Positions 8,805 to 17,822 of a stretch of DNA of 64,000 bases are shown in pieces. Position 1 is the first letter of the stretch; every line of letters starts with the position of its first letter. Source of the stretch: Minisyncoccota bacterium (GTDB lineage Bacteria > Patescibacteriota > Minisyncoccia > Phycocordibacterales > UBA9973); the NCBI GenBank assembly GCA_041663185.1, contig JBAZQY010000001.1:19448-83447 (forward strand). The letters are read 5' to 3'. The translations under genes were made by a program, and so were the position numbers. Under the pieces are notes generated by a model. It worked only from the letters and a program-made list of their open reading frames with translations. It did no database searches and was not told the DNA's origin.

Positions 8805-10975
8805 GTTACTTTGAATTCTTAACAAAGCAATTTTACACCTGGGAGAAGCGTGGCCGGGGATGGGAGGTATTTTCCTTTCCTGTCGATTTAGAACCTCCGT
8901 ACGAGCCTTTTTTCTCTCATTCCATCCCATATGACAATGCTACCCGTGTCCTTGATGATGGTCTTCGCCCGACTATTTTTTCACGATTAATAACAGGGGT
9001 TAGAAACCTATTCATTTCAAAACCCATTATTTCTGAAGAAATTGTGGAAGATGAACCTGTCCCGCCTTTTACTTTTGATGATGAACCTCTAACAGCCTTC
9101 ACTGTCCTATTACCAAAAGATCAACAAATCAATTTCGAGGAATCTCTTCAATTATTATTAATGCTGTCCATGTCGATGTATCCAATTAGCTTTGAGATCA
9201 TCGGCAATAGCTCGTTCATTAAAATTCAATTTGTATGTCGAAAGCCTGATACACCAAATATTCAAAATCAAATAAAAGCCTATTTTCCGGCATGTCATTT
9301 TGATTTTGGAATATTAGAAGCAATCCTACCTGAAGGGAAACAAGGATATCTTGTAGATTTCGGTTTAAGCCAAGAATTCATGAGACCTCTTTCAGTGATC
9401 AAGAATTTTACGCTTGACCCATATATTGGTCTATTTGGAATTTTAGAGAATCTTTCAGAAGACGAGCAAGCAGTTATTCAAATATTATTTAAAAGTGCTC
9501 AAAACTCCTGGTCAGAAAGTATTATTCGTTCAGTTACAGACAATCAAGGTGATCCATTTTTTCTCGATGCACCAGAGATGGTCAAACTTGCTGAAGAAAA
9601 AATTTCCGCACCTCTTTTTGGGGTAGTGATTCGAATTATAGGACTCAATGAGGATGGTAGCGACTGGTTAGCTAAAAAACTTTCAGGGAAATTAATACAG
9701 ATTACCGGTTCACCATATAATAGATTAATTCCTCTTTCGACTGAGGGATATGATGAAGCTAATTTTTGTGAAGACATTCTACTTCGCCAATCTCATCGAT
9801 TGGGAATGTTACTTAACAGCAAAGAATTAGTTTCATTAATTCATTTTCCCTCTATCTCTGTCGTTTCTAGTAAACTTGAACGAGCAATTAGGAAAACCGT
9901 TAAAGCCCCTAAGATCTTTTTAGACCATAAGCTTGTACTAGGAAGTAATTTTCATCAAGGCCAGGCAAAGGATGTGACTATTGGCCCCGAACAAAGGTTG
10001 AAACATATCCATGTTATAGGAGCAACCGGCACTGGTAAGTCTACTCTTCTCCTTAACATGATAATTCAAGACATTAGAAACGGAGAAGGATTAGCAGTGA
10101 TTGACCCTCACGGTGATTTAATTGAAAGTATCCTACCCTGGATTCCTCCAATTCGTCACAATGATGTAATCATCTTTGATCCATCTGATACTGAATATCC
10201 AATTGCCTTTAATATTCTTACAGCTCATTCAGAAATTGAGAAAGATATCTTATCATCTGATCTTGTAGCTGTCTTTAAGCGTCTTTCCACCAGTTGGGGA
10301 GATCAAATGAATTCAGTCTTTGCCAATGCTATTCTTGCCTTCCTGGAAAGTGATAAAGGAGGAACCTTAATCGATTTACGCAAATTCCTTATCGAAAAGG
10401 AGTTTCGAGCTGATTTTCTGAAAACTGTTAAAGACCCCTCAATTACATATTACTGGAACAAGGAATTTCCAATTTTAAAAAGTACTTCAATTGGGCCAAT
10501 TTTGACCAGGTTGGATGCTTTCTTGAGACCGAAAGTCATCAGAAATATGGTTGCCCAAAACAAAAGTCTGGATTTTGAAAAAATCCTGGATGACAAGAAG
10601 ATACTGCTTATTAAGCTCTCACAAGGGTTAATAGGAGAAGAAAATAGCTACCTCTTGGGAGCATTCATCGTCTCAAAACTTCAGCAAATAACGATGTCTC
10701 GCCAAGTGAAAGCCAAAACTGCTCGCGGGAATTTCTATTTATACATTGATGAGTTCCAGAATTTCATCACCCCTTCCATGTCCGCAATACTCTCTGGTGC
10801 CCGAAAGTATCACTTAGGGATGGTCTTGGCACATCAGGGTATGCAACAGCTTGATAAGAATAACTCTGAAATCGCAAGCTCTGTTATTGCAAATGCCGGC
10901 ACTCGTATCTGCTTTAGGATTGGCGACATTGATGCGAAGAAGCTTGAAGCTAACTTTACACACTTTGATGCGTAG
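8801..10975 (+). CDS. Soluble P-loop NTPase, T4CP/FtsK-HerA-like, paralog 2 with roughly 390-aa N-terminal extension
   Basis: Walker A GATGTGKST, VIDPHGDL, YPIAFNIL, Walker B YLYIDEFQNF, ARKYHLGMVLAHQGMQQL. Clear paralog of 6834-8153. Confidence 0.7.
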   Translation: MSYFEFLTKQFYTWEKRGRGWEVFSFPVDLEPPYEPFFSHSIPYDNATRVLDDGLRPTIFSRLITGVRNLFISKPIISEEIVEDEPVPPFTFDDEPLTAFTVLLPKDQQINFEESLQLLLMLSMSMYPISFEIIGNSSFIKIQFVCRKPDTPNIQNQIKAYFPACHFDFGILEAILPEGKQGYLVDFGLSQEFMRPLSVIKNFTLDPYIGLFGILENLSEDEQAVIQILFKSAQNSWSESIIRSVTDNQGDPFFLDAPEMVKLAEEKISAPLFGVVIRIIGLNEDGSDWLAKKLSGKLIQITGSPYNRLIPLSTEGYDEANFCEDILLRQSHRLGMLLNSKELVSLIHFPSISVVSSKLERAIRKTVKAPKIFLDHKLVLGSNFHQGQAKDVTIGPEQRLKHIHVIGATGTGKSTLLLNMIIQDIRNGEGLAVIDPHGDLIESILPWIPPIRHNDVIIFDPSDTEYPIAFNILTAHSEIEKDILSSDLVAVFKRLSTSWGDQMNSVFANAILAFLESDKGGTLIDLRKFLIEKEFRADFLKTVKDPSITYYWNKEFPILKSTSIGPILTRLDAFLRPKVIRNMVAQNKSLDFEKILDDKKILLIKLSQGLIGEENSYLLGAFIVSKLQQITMSRQVKAKTARGNFYLYIDEFQNFITPSMSAILSGARKYHLGMVLAHQGMQQLDKNNSEIASSVIANAGTRICFRIGDIDAKKLEANFTHFDA

Positions 10976-10985
10976 GGCGAGAAAT

Positions 10986-11000
10986 TCCTACCCGGCGCAC
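10986..11000. repeat. attR-like direct repeat
   Basis: tcctacccggcgcac, identical to the tRNA-Tyr 3' end. Confidence 0.65.
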
Positions 11001-11060
11001 AATATTAAAAAATCTAAGCTTCTGCTTGGATTTTTTAAATTATGTCTCGCCGGTAGAAGC

Positions 11061-11190
11061 AAACTGCTTTGCTTCTAGGTAGGATTCGAAGACCTTGAGC
11101 TTGTGGTTTTAAATTTTAATTTCAAGCCACACGAAAGGTGTACTGACCCCGTAAGGGTTGAAAAGCGTACTCGCGGTCCTACCCACTTGC
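11061..11190. repeat. Degenerate tRNA-3'-end/att remnant, homologous to the tRNA-Leu-linked remnant at 20087-20167
   Basis: Shares gaagaccttgag and cgaaaggtgtac with 20087-20167. Contains an inverted T-arm-like taggattcgaa and a partial third copy gtcctaccca near 11178. Confidence 0.45.
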
Positions 11191-11350
11191 TTCCTTGATT
11201 CCCCGTAAATTATGTGGTAATTTGTAAGTAAATCTACTGCTCCTAAAAATATCTGACTTTTGTTATATTTGTTTAGTTTATTTAGTTCCTTATGGGAATT
11301 TAATAAACTAAATAAATTAACATTAAACTCATAAATAAAAAATTACTTCT

Positions 11351-11944
11351 ATGAAAACAAAGAGGTTAGAAAACGTATCGTCACTGCAAGATGTGCTGCT
11401 GAATCCTTATTATAAAGGATTGATTAAAAAGGCTAAAAATCTGCAAGCCCAGGCTGATGATTTAACAAGGTCGGCATGTTTTGCAAGAGGCAAGTTGGCA
11501 TATTCTATAAGCCAAAAACTTTTAGATCTTGTCCCCAAAGGACCCGAGAGAATGCTATTAGAGCTGGAAGGAAGCTCTTTTGCTACAAGGAGATCTGATC
11601 CTGCATATTTTATAGCCTTGTATCCAAAAATGACAGGCCGGGGAATAACCCTTCTGTGCGAACTTGTAAATTCCTCCATGGACCGCTCTCGCAACCTGGA
11701 ATATAGAAAGATTTTTTGGGGAAACGGTTGTGTAATGCTCACCGAGTATGGAATTAACCATACTCTAAAAATAGCCGACCCGGAAACCTTCATGCAGAAC
11801 GCAATTTCTATCATCAATGAGGCCTGGGCCAAGAACAACCTAGGATATCTTTCCTTTGATAAGCTTGTTGACGATGAGAAAAACGGCCAAAGGTTTAGGA
11901 TATTATTTATGCCAGGGAAATGGGAAACTAAAGCCAATACCTAG
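11351..11944 (+). CDS. Hypothetical protein
   Basis: 197-aa ORF followed by a strong terminator. No recognisable motifs. Confidence 0.5.
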   Translation: MKTKRLENVSSLQDVLLNPYYKGLIKKAKNLQAQADDLTRSACFARGKLAYSISQKLLDLVPKGPERMLLELEGSSFATRRSDPAYFIALYPKMTGRGITLLCELVNSSMDRSRNLEYRKIFWGNGCVMLTEYGINHTLKIADPETFMQNAISIINEAWAKNNLGYLSFDKLVDDEKNGQRFRILFMPGKWETKANT

Positions 11945-11967
11945 ATGTATGATATTGGTAATCGCTT

Positions 11968-12000
11968 AAAGGAGGTTTTAAACCTCCTTTTTTATTTTTT
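11968..12000. terminator. Intrinsic terminator (possibly bidirectional)
   Basis: 10-bp stem aaaggaggtt/aacctccttt with a tetraloop, then tttatttttt. Confidence 0.7.
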
Positions 12001-12025
12001 AATTTCTGATTTAAATATACAATCT

Positions 12026-12538
12026 TTAATTTTCAGGTAATTCTTCTACCTCTTCAATTTCAACTTTTCCTTTTAATTCTTTTTGAAACGGAGAATAATA
12101 AGATTTTACATATATTTTCTTTTTATTTAAAATAAAGGGGAAATATTCTCTATCAGCTGGCATCATTTTATCAAAAGGTAAATTATTTATACTAAAAAAT
12201 GTCGGAGTAATCATCTCTTCTGTTTCTATTAATTCTCCAGTCCAATTTTCTAATAAAAAGAAGTGAACTCGACAAATATATGTACTGCCGTCACTTTTTT
12301 CATTATGAAAATCAACAACAGCTATTTTTTCTAAATCATCTATACTTGCAATCAATCCCGATTCTTCTTTTAGCTCTCTAATTACTGAGGTTTTGGGATT
12401 CTCTCCTTCTTCTATCCCCCCACCATATCCATTCCAACATCCCGCTCCAATCTTTCTAGTTTTTATAGCAAGAAGAACTTTATCTCCCTTTATCGGAAGA
12501 CAAACTGTTGCATTAAACAATATTTTTTCTGTTTCCAT
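12026..12538 (-). CDS. NUDIX hydrolase
   Basis: Nudix box GGGIEEGENPKTSVIRELKEESGL. Confidence 0.8.
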   Translation of the reverse strand: METEKILFNATVCLPIKGDKVLLAIKTRKIGAGCWNGYGGGIEEGENPKTSVIRELKEESGLIASIDDLEKIAVVDFHNEKSDGSTYICRVHFFLLENWTGELIETEEMITPTFFSINNLPFDKMMPADREYFPFILNKKKIYVKSYYSPFQKELKGKVEIEEVEELPEN

Positions 12539-12550
12539 AAATAGTAAGAC

Positions 12551-15238
12551 CTACTTAGTATTTATTTTATTTCTCATCCTTACATTTGAAGCGATTTTTA
12601 TTTTTTTCATTTCTATCACCATTTCATTTTCTTTCATCGTTACATAAACAGTATCTCCCTTTTTGACTCCACGAGAGATGATAAATGTCGCCACAGGATT
12701 AAGAATTTTATCTTGAATAAGTCGTCCAAGTGGTCGAGCCCCATAATGTGGGTTATAACCTTCTTTAGCTAAATAAGTAAGTGCCTCATCAGAAATATCT
12801 AATTCAATTCCTTTTCCAAGCAAACGTTCACGAATAATTTTAATTTTAATATCAACAATACTGCGGATAACTTCTGGAGAAAGAATATCAAAGACAATGA
12901 TATCGTCGAGTCTATTTAGAAATTCTGGTCGGAAATGATCTTTGAGGGCATCAAGAATTTTATCTTTGGTTGCTAAATATTCATCCACTTTTGAATTATT
13001 TGTAAATCCAAGTGATTCCATTTTTTCAATCAACTGAGAACCGATATTGGAAGTCAAAATAATAATTGTATTTTTGAAATTAATCACTCGCCCTTTGGCA
13101 TCTGTTAAACGCCCTTCATCAAGCACCTGGAGAAGAATATTAAAAACTTCTGGATGAGCTTTCTCGATTTCATCAAATAGAACAACAGAATAAGGTCGAT
13201 GGCGAACCGCTTCAGTCAAATTGCCTGATTCATCATAACCAACATATCCAGGTGGTGAGCCAATGAGTTTCGAGACACTGTGACGCTCCATATACTCACT
13301 CATATCCACCCTGATAAGGGCCTTATCGTCATTGAACATAAACTGGGCTAGGGCTTTTGTTAATTCTGTTTTCCCTACTCCCGTTGGACCAAGAAAAATA
13401 AATGAGCCAATCGGTTTATTGGGGTCAGAAATTCCAGCTCGACTACGGCGAACAACATCAGAAATCTTTTTGATTGCGACATCCTGACCGACAACTCGAG
13501 TACGTAATTCATCTTCCATTTTGGCTAATTTTTTTAATTCTTCTTCAAGCATTTTTTCAAGAGGTATACCCGTCCAGCGCGCAACAACAGAAGCAATATC
13601 TTCGGTAGTTATTTCTTCTTTCAAAATGCGACGTGATCTTTGAAGTTTCTTGAGACGAGAAAGTTTCGTTTCTAATTTATTTTTCAAATCAGGAATTTTA
13701 CCATAACGAATTTCGGCCGCACTTCCTAGATCTGCTCGCATTTCAGCATTCTCGGCTTCAAGACGAAGTGATTCTAAATCTTTTTTAATTTGCCTGATCT
13801 CAAGAACTGTCTCTTTTTCATTTTTCCACTTCAATTCAAGTTCGTGTGTTTTTTCTTTTAAATTTGCGATTTCTTTCTCAATATCTTTCATCCGAGCTCG
13901 AGCTTCTTTATGGGTATCTTTTTTATCAGTAGATACTTCTTTCATTAGGGCTTCTCTTTCAACTTCAAAACGCATAATTTTTCTATCAGCTTCTTCTAAA
14001 ACTTGAGGTTTATTCTCAAGAGCAAGGCGAAGTGAAGATGAAGCCTCATCGATCAGGTCAACGGCCTTATCTGGTAAATATCTATTTGTAATATACCGGG
14101 CACTTAAATTCACCGCCGAGATAATCGCATCATCGGTAATGCGCACTCCGTGGAAAAGTTCATACTTCTCTTTAAGTCCACGTAAAATTGCGATTGCATC
14201 CTCAATATTTGGTTCATCAACATATACTGGTTGAAAGCGTCGAGCCAAGGCTGGGTCTTTTTCGATATGTTTCTGATATTCTTTTAGAGTCGTCGCACCT
14301 ATGGCATGAAGCTCTCCTCTGGCAAGAGCCGGCTTTAACATATTTGAAGCATCAAGAGAACCCTCTGAACTTCCTGCTCCGACAATTGTGTGAATCTCAT
14401 CAATGAAAAGAATTATCTTGCCATTTGATTTCTCAATTTCTTTCATAATTCCACGCAATCTTTCTTCGAATTCTCCACGGTATTTTGTCCCAGACAAAAG
14501 TAATCCCAAATCAAGAGCCACAACTTCTTTATCTCTCAAACTTTCAGGAATATCATTCTTGGCAATACGAATAGCAAGAGCTTCAGCCACAGCAGTTTTC
14601 CCAGTACCTGCTTCTCCGATTAAAATCGGATTATTTTTAGTGCGTCTTGATAATATTTGCATCATTCGCATAATCTCAGCTTCACGTCCAATGACCGGAT
14701 CAAGCTTATCTTCTCGGGCCAGAGTTGTCAGATTACGAGTAAATTTAGTTAGGAGTTTTGGTTTTTTAGAAGAGTTCGCTTCGGTAACATTTTCACTTCG
14801 AAGTAATTTCAATACACTAATAACTTTATCTTTATCTATTTTGAAACGCCCAAGTAGTTCGCGAGCTTCCCCAGGTACTTCAAGCAGTGAAACAAATAAA
14901 TGCTCAGTCGAAACAAATTCATCCTTGAGAGCAAGAGCCACTTTAGTTGAATTTTCTATAACTTTGGCTAAATCAGGAGTTAAATAAATCTGATATGAGG
15001 GTGAGATTGTGTTGCGATTTTCTGGTGATTCTATCATCTCAACTAAATTATCTGTCATCAACATTGTATCGACTTCCATTTTATCTAATATAGAAATAAT
15101 CAATGAATCTTCTTGAACAAGAAGAGCTGTCAGTAAATGCAAAGAGTTCACGTGGTTCTGTCCACGCTCAATAGCCAGCTCATGAGCTTTACGAATTACT
15201 TCCTTTGCTTTAGTTGTAAAATTGTTAAATGGGGGCAT
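12551..15238 (-). CDS. clpB: ATP-dependent chaperone ClpB
   Basis: Clp N domain, two AAA+ modules (GEAGTGKTAVAE; GPTGVGKTELTKALA), long coiled-coil middle domain. 895 aa. Confidence 0.9.
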   Translation of the reverse strand: MPPFNNFTTKAKEVIRKAHELAIERGQNHVNSLHLLTALLVQEDSLIISILDKMEVDTMLMTDNLVEMIESPENRNTISPSYQIYLTPDLAKVIENSTKVALALKDEFVSTEHLFVSLLEVPGEARELLGRFKIDKDKVISVLKLLRSENVTEANSSKKPKLLTKFTRNLTTLAREDKLDPVIGREAEIMRMMQILSRRTKNNPILIGEAGTGKTAVAEALAIRIAKNDIPESLRDKEVVALDLGLLLSGTKYRGEFEERLRGIMKEIEKSNGKIILFIDEIHTIVGAGSSEGSLDASNMLKPALARGELHAIGATTLKEYQKHIEKDPALARRFQPVYVDEPNIEDAIAILRGLKEKYELFHGVRITDDAIISAVNLSARYITNRYLPDKAVDLIDEASSSLRLALENKPQVLEEADRKIMRFEVEREALMKEVSTDKKDTHKEARARMKDIEKEIANLKEKTHELELKWKNEKETVLEIRQIKKDLESLRLEAENAEMRADLGSAAEIRYGKIPDLKNKLETKLSRLKKLQRSRRILKEEITTEDIASVVARWTGIPLEKMLEEELKKLAKMEDELRTRVVGQDVAIKKISDVVRRSRAGISDPNKPIGSFIFLGPTGVGKTELTKALAQFMFNDDKALIRVDMSEYMERHSVSKLIGSPPGYVGYDESGNLTEAVRHRPYSVVLFDEIEKAHPEVFNILLQVLDEGRLTDAKGRVINFKNTIIILTSNIGSQLIEKMESLGFTNNSKVDEYLATKDKILDALKDHFRPEFLNRLDDIIVFDILSPEVIRSIVDIKIKIIRERLLGKGIELDISDEALTYLAKEGYNPHYGARPLGRLIQDKILNPVATFIISRGVKKGDTVYVTMKENEMVIEMKKIKIASNVRMRNKINTK

Positions 15239-15291
15239 ATATAAATAATTAAGAATTAATAATTACGAATTAAAAATTATAAATACAGATT

Positions 15292-15867
15292 TTATTGAGT
15301 GATTGTTGTTGTGTCTGTATCTGTGTTGTCAGTTGTATTGTCTATCATTGGAGAAATTTTTAGAATTGTAAATCCATTATCAAACTTTTTCAAAATTGAA
15401 ACACTAAACTCTGTTGTATCTAAAATAACTTTATATGATTCATATTCTTTAATTAAATTTGAATCAACTAAAATTAATCCAACGTCTGAAATAATTATCC
15501 CTTGGCCAATTGCCGGTGGCTCACTAATATTTGTATTTTCATCTGTCACCTCAGTAGTTAAAATAGTCGTGTCTGTATTTTTTAAATAAATTGAAACAAG
15601 TGAATCATCACTACCAAATAATATGGGCGAGTTATTCTCTTCTGTTTTTGTCTCTGTGGTTGTTGAAGTGGTCTCAGGAGCAGGAACTTGAACAGTTGTG
15701 ACTTTCTCTATTGTTCGTTGAATAACATTATTGATGGTTTGGGGTACACTTTTTGGCATCTGATTCATCAGAGAAACCGTCACAATCCCTGTGGCAATAG
15801 ACACCACAAAAGTAATGAGCAATGTCAATAAAACAAGTTGTTTTTTATCTAATTCTTTGATATCCAT
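15292..15867 (-). CDS. Membrane-anchored Thr-rich low-complexity protein
   Basis: N-terminal TM helix, then Thr/Asn-rich repeats. Confidence 0.45.
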   Translation of the reverse strand: MDIKELDKKQLVLLTLLITFVVSIATGIVTVSLMNQMPKSVPQTINNVIQRTIEKVTTVQVPAPETTSTTTETKTEENNSPILFGSDDSLVSIYLKNTDTTILTTEVTDENTNISEPPAIGQGIIISDVGLILVDSNLIKEYESYKVILDTTEFSVSILKKFDNGFTILKISPMIDNTTDNTDTDTTTITQ

Positions 15868-15894
15868 CTAGTTATTATAGCATAAAGGTCAATA

Positions 15895-17181
15895 TCATTT
15901 CCACTTTTTGTATTTTTCTAAAATATCTTTCAGCCCTTTATATAATACGTCCATATCGCTCATTTTATTGCATCTACCAAGAGAAATACGAATTGAGCCA
16001 TCTGTTCCCGCCACATTTTTTTGACTAGCTCTCCTTAATGCTCCTATTACATAAGACGCACTATCATCATCACTCTTACAGGCACTTTTCTCTGACACAA
16101 AAATTCCTCGCGCCGATAATTCGATGACTAAAAGTTCACTTGAAATACCTGAAACAGAAATATTTATATTATTTGGAAGTCGGACTTCCACATCTCCGTT
16201 TAAAATTATTTTATAACCAGATGTATCAGAAAGTGATAACAATTTTTTAATTCCATAATCACGAATTGCGGTTAGTCGCTTTGATTCTTTTTCTTTCATT
16301 TTATTTACAATTCCAAGTGCCATGGCCACTCCTTTGATTAACGACACACTCTCCGTTCCAGAACGTAAACCAAATTCTTGTCCGCCTCCACCATAAAGTG
16401 GAGAAAGTTCCACTCCCCGTTTTTTATATAGAACACCTATTCCTTTGGGCCCATAAATTTTTGAACTATTAAAAGACATTAAATCAACCCCGAGTTTTTC
16501 AATATTTTCTGTAAATAAATAATTCATCGCCTGACAAGCATCGGTATGAAAAACAGGAAAATCAGAAGAAAAAACTCTTGTGTCTAGGTCGGACCTGGAC
16601 ATTTTAGACTTTTTGAAATGTCTAATTATTTTTGCGATTTCTTGTATAGGTTCGATTGTTCCAATTTCGTTGTTTGCATACATAACCGAAACCAAAACTG
16701 TATTTTCCTTAAGAGAATTTTTCAATTCTTCCAGATTTATAATTCCATTTTCATCAACACCAATATAAGTAACCTCTACCCTGCCCTCTTTTTTCAACAT
16801 TTTGCAATTCTCAAGCACGGCCGGATGTTCTATTTCGGTTGTAATAATATGTGGAATTTTGTATTCTGATTTTTCATTCTTAATTCTTAACCCGCCTTGC
16901 GCCGAGGCAGGTTCGTAATTCTTAATTAGCCCGAGCAAAGCGAGGGCGATGCTTTCCGTTCCACTTCCAGTAAAAATAATCTCATCACTATGAGCATTCA
17001 TTTGCTTTGCAATCTTACTCCTCGCTTCTTCGATAATTCCCCTTACCTTGACACCATCTTCATGGATTGCGTTTGGGTTAGCAAAAAGCTTTCGCTCATA
17101 AAAAGCCACTGTTCGAGCAACTCTCTTATCAATAGGTGTTGCCCCCGCATGATCTAGATATATCTTTTTCTTTCCTAACAT
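15895..17181 (-). CDS. Cysteine desulfurase (class V aminotransferase, IscS/NifS family)
   Basis: PLP-lysine region SSKIYGPKGIGVLY and catalytic Cys loop SEKSACKSD. Confidence 0.85.
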   Translation of the reverse strand: MLGKKKIYLDHAGATPIDKRVARTVAFYERKLFANPNAIHEDGVKVRGIIEEARSKIAKQMNAHSDEIIFTGSGTESIALALLGLIKNYEPASAQGGLRIKNEKSEYKIPHIITTEIEHPAVLENCKMLKKEGRVEVTYIGVDENGIINLEELKNSLKENTVLVSVMYANNEIGTIEPIQEIAKIIRHFKKSKMSRSDLDTRVFSSDFPVFHTDACQAMNYLFTENIEKLGVDLMSFNSSKIYGPKGIGVLYKKRGVELSPLYGGGGQEFGLRSGTESVSLIKGVAMALGIVNKMKEKESKRLTAIRDYGIKKLLSLSDTSGYKIILNGDVEVRLPNNINISVSGISSELLVIELSARGIFVSEKSACKSDDDSASYVIGALRRASQKNVAGTDGSIRISLGRCNKMSDMDVLYKGLKDILEKYKKWK

Positions 17182-17241
17182 ATGTATTACTATAACACAG
17201 CATTGTAAAAAAAGCCTTATTGGTATATACTCTTTTAATAT

Positions 17242-17688
17242 ATGAATACCCTCATCTTATTTTATATAATTGCTTTGGCTATTGTCCTCGTTCTATTGTG
17301 GATTTTAATGATCGAACTGCGTTTGAAGCGAATTTTCGCTGGAACTAAGGCTCGAAATCTAGAAGAAATGATCACTCTTGTTGGTAAGAAAATAAATCAA
17401 TTAGAGGAAGCTCAAGAAAAAATAGATAAACATTTAATTACGATAGATAACCGATTAAATAAATCTATTCGGAACATCGAGACAGTACGTTTTAATCCCT
17501 TTGTTGATGCTGGAGGAAACCAGAGCTTCGCTATTGCTTTTATGAATGATGAAGGTAATGGTGTAGTCATGTCTTCTTTATATGCTCGTGATCGAATGAG
17601 TATTTTTGCCAAACCCATCATTGATGGTAAATCAGAATTTGAATTATCAAACGAGGAAAAAGAAGTTTTAAAAAAAGCAATTAAATAA
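17242..17688 (+). CDS. DUF4446-like membrane-anchored protein
   Basis: N-terminal TM plus the VRFNPFVDAGGNQSFAIAF motif typical of this family, as recalled. Confidence 0.55.
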   Translation: MNTLILFYIIALAIVLVLLWILMIELRLKRIFAGTKARNLEEMITLVGKKINQLEEAQEKIDKHLITIDNRLNKSIRNIETVRFNPFVDAGGNQSFAIAFMNDEGNGVVMSSLYARDRMSIFAKPIIDGKSEFELSNEEKEVLKKAIK

Positions 17689-17710
17689 TTTACACAGAAA
17701 ATAGTTAAAG

Positions 17711-17809
17711 AAAAGTAAATAATATCTAAAATTTATTCGCTTATCCCTACCTCGCTATGCTCGGCGCGCGCCCACACCTACTCATAAATTTTAGATATTA
17801 TTTACTTTT
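17711..17809. repeat. Long perfect hairpin (25-bp AT-rich stem) around a 49-nt GC-rich core; conserved core shared with 19789-19893
   Basis: aaaagtaaataatatctaaaattta pairs perfectly with taaattttagatattatttactttt. Loop is ttcgcttatccct...cggcgcgcgcccacacctactca. Confidence 0.7.
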
Positions 17810-17822
17810 ATAAAATTACATT

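Larger units (their letters stand above)
4956..11000. mobile_element. Roughly 6 kb integrative element inserted at the tRNA-Tyr 3' end
   Basis: Bounded by a 15-bp direct repeat. A large serine recombinase lies adjacent to the tRNA. Cargo is two tandem T4CP/FtsK-like ATPases plus a single-TM protein. No relaxase, replication or capsid genes seen. Confidence 0.6.

Noticed and set aside
10851-11078. 75-aa ORF spanning the attR repeat
   Set aside because: It overlaps the 3' end of the ATPase gene and crosses the element boundary. It is most likely spurious.
14403-14987. 194-aa plus-strand ORF inside clpB
   Set aside because: It is antisense to clpB with no motifs. Shadow ORF.
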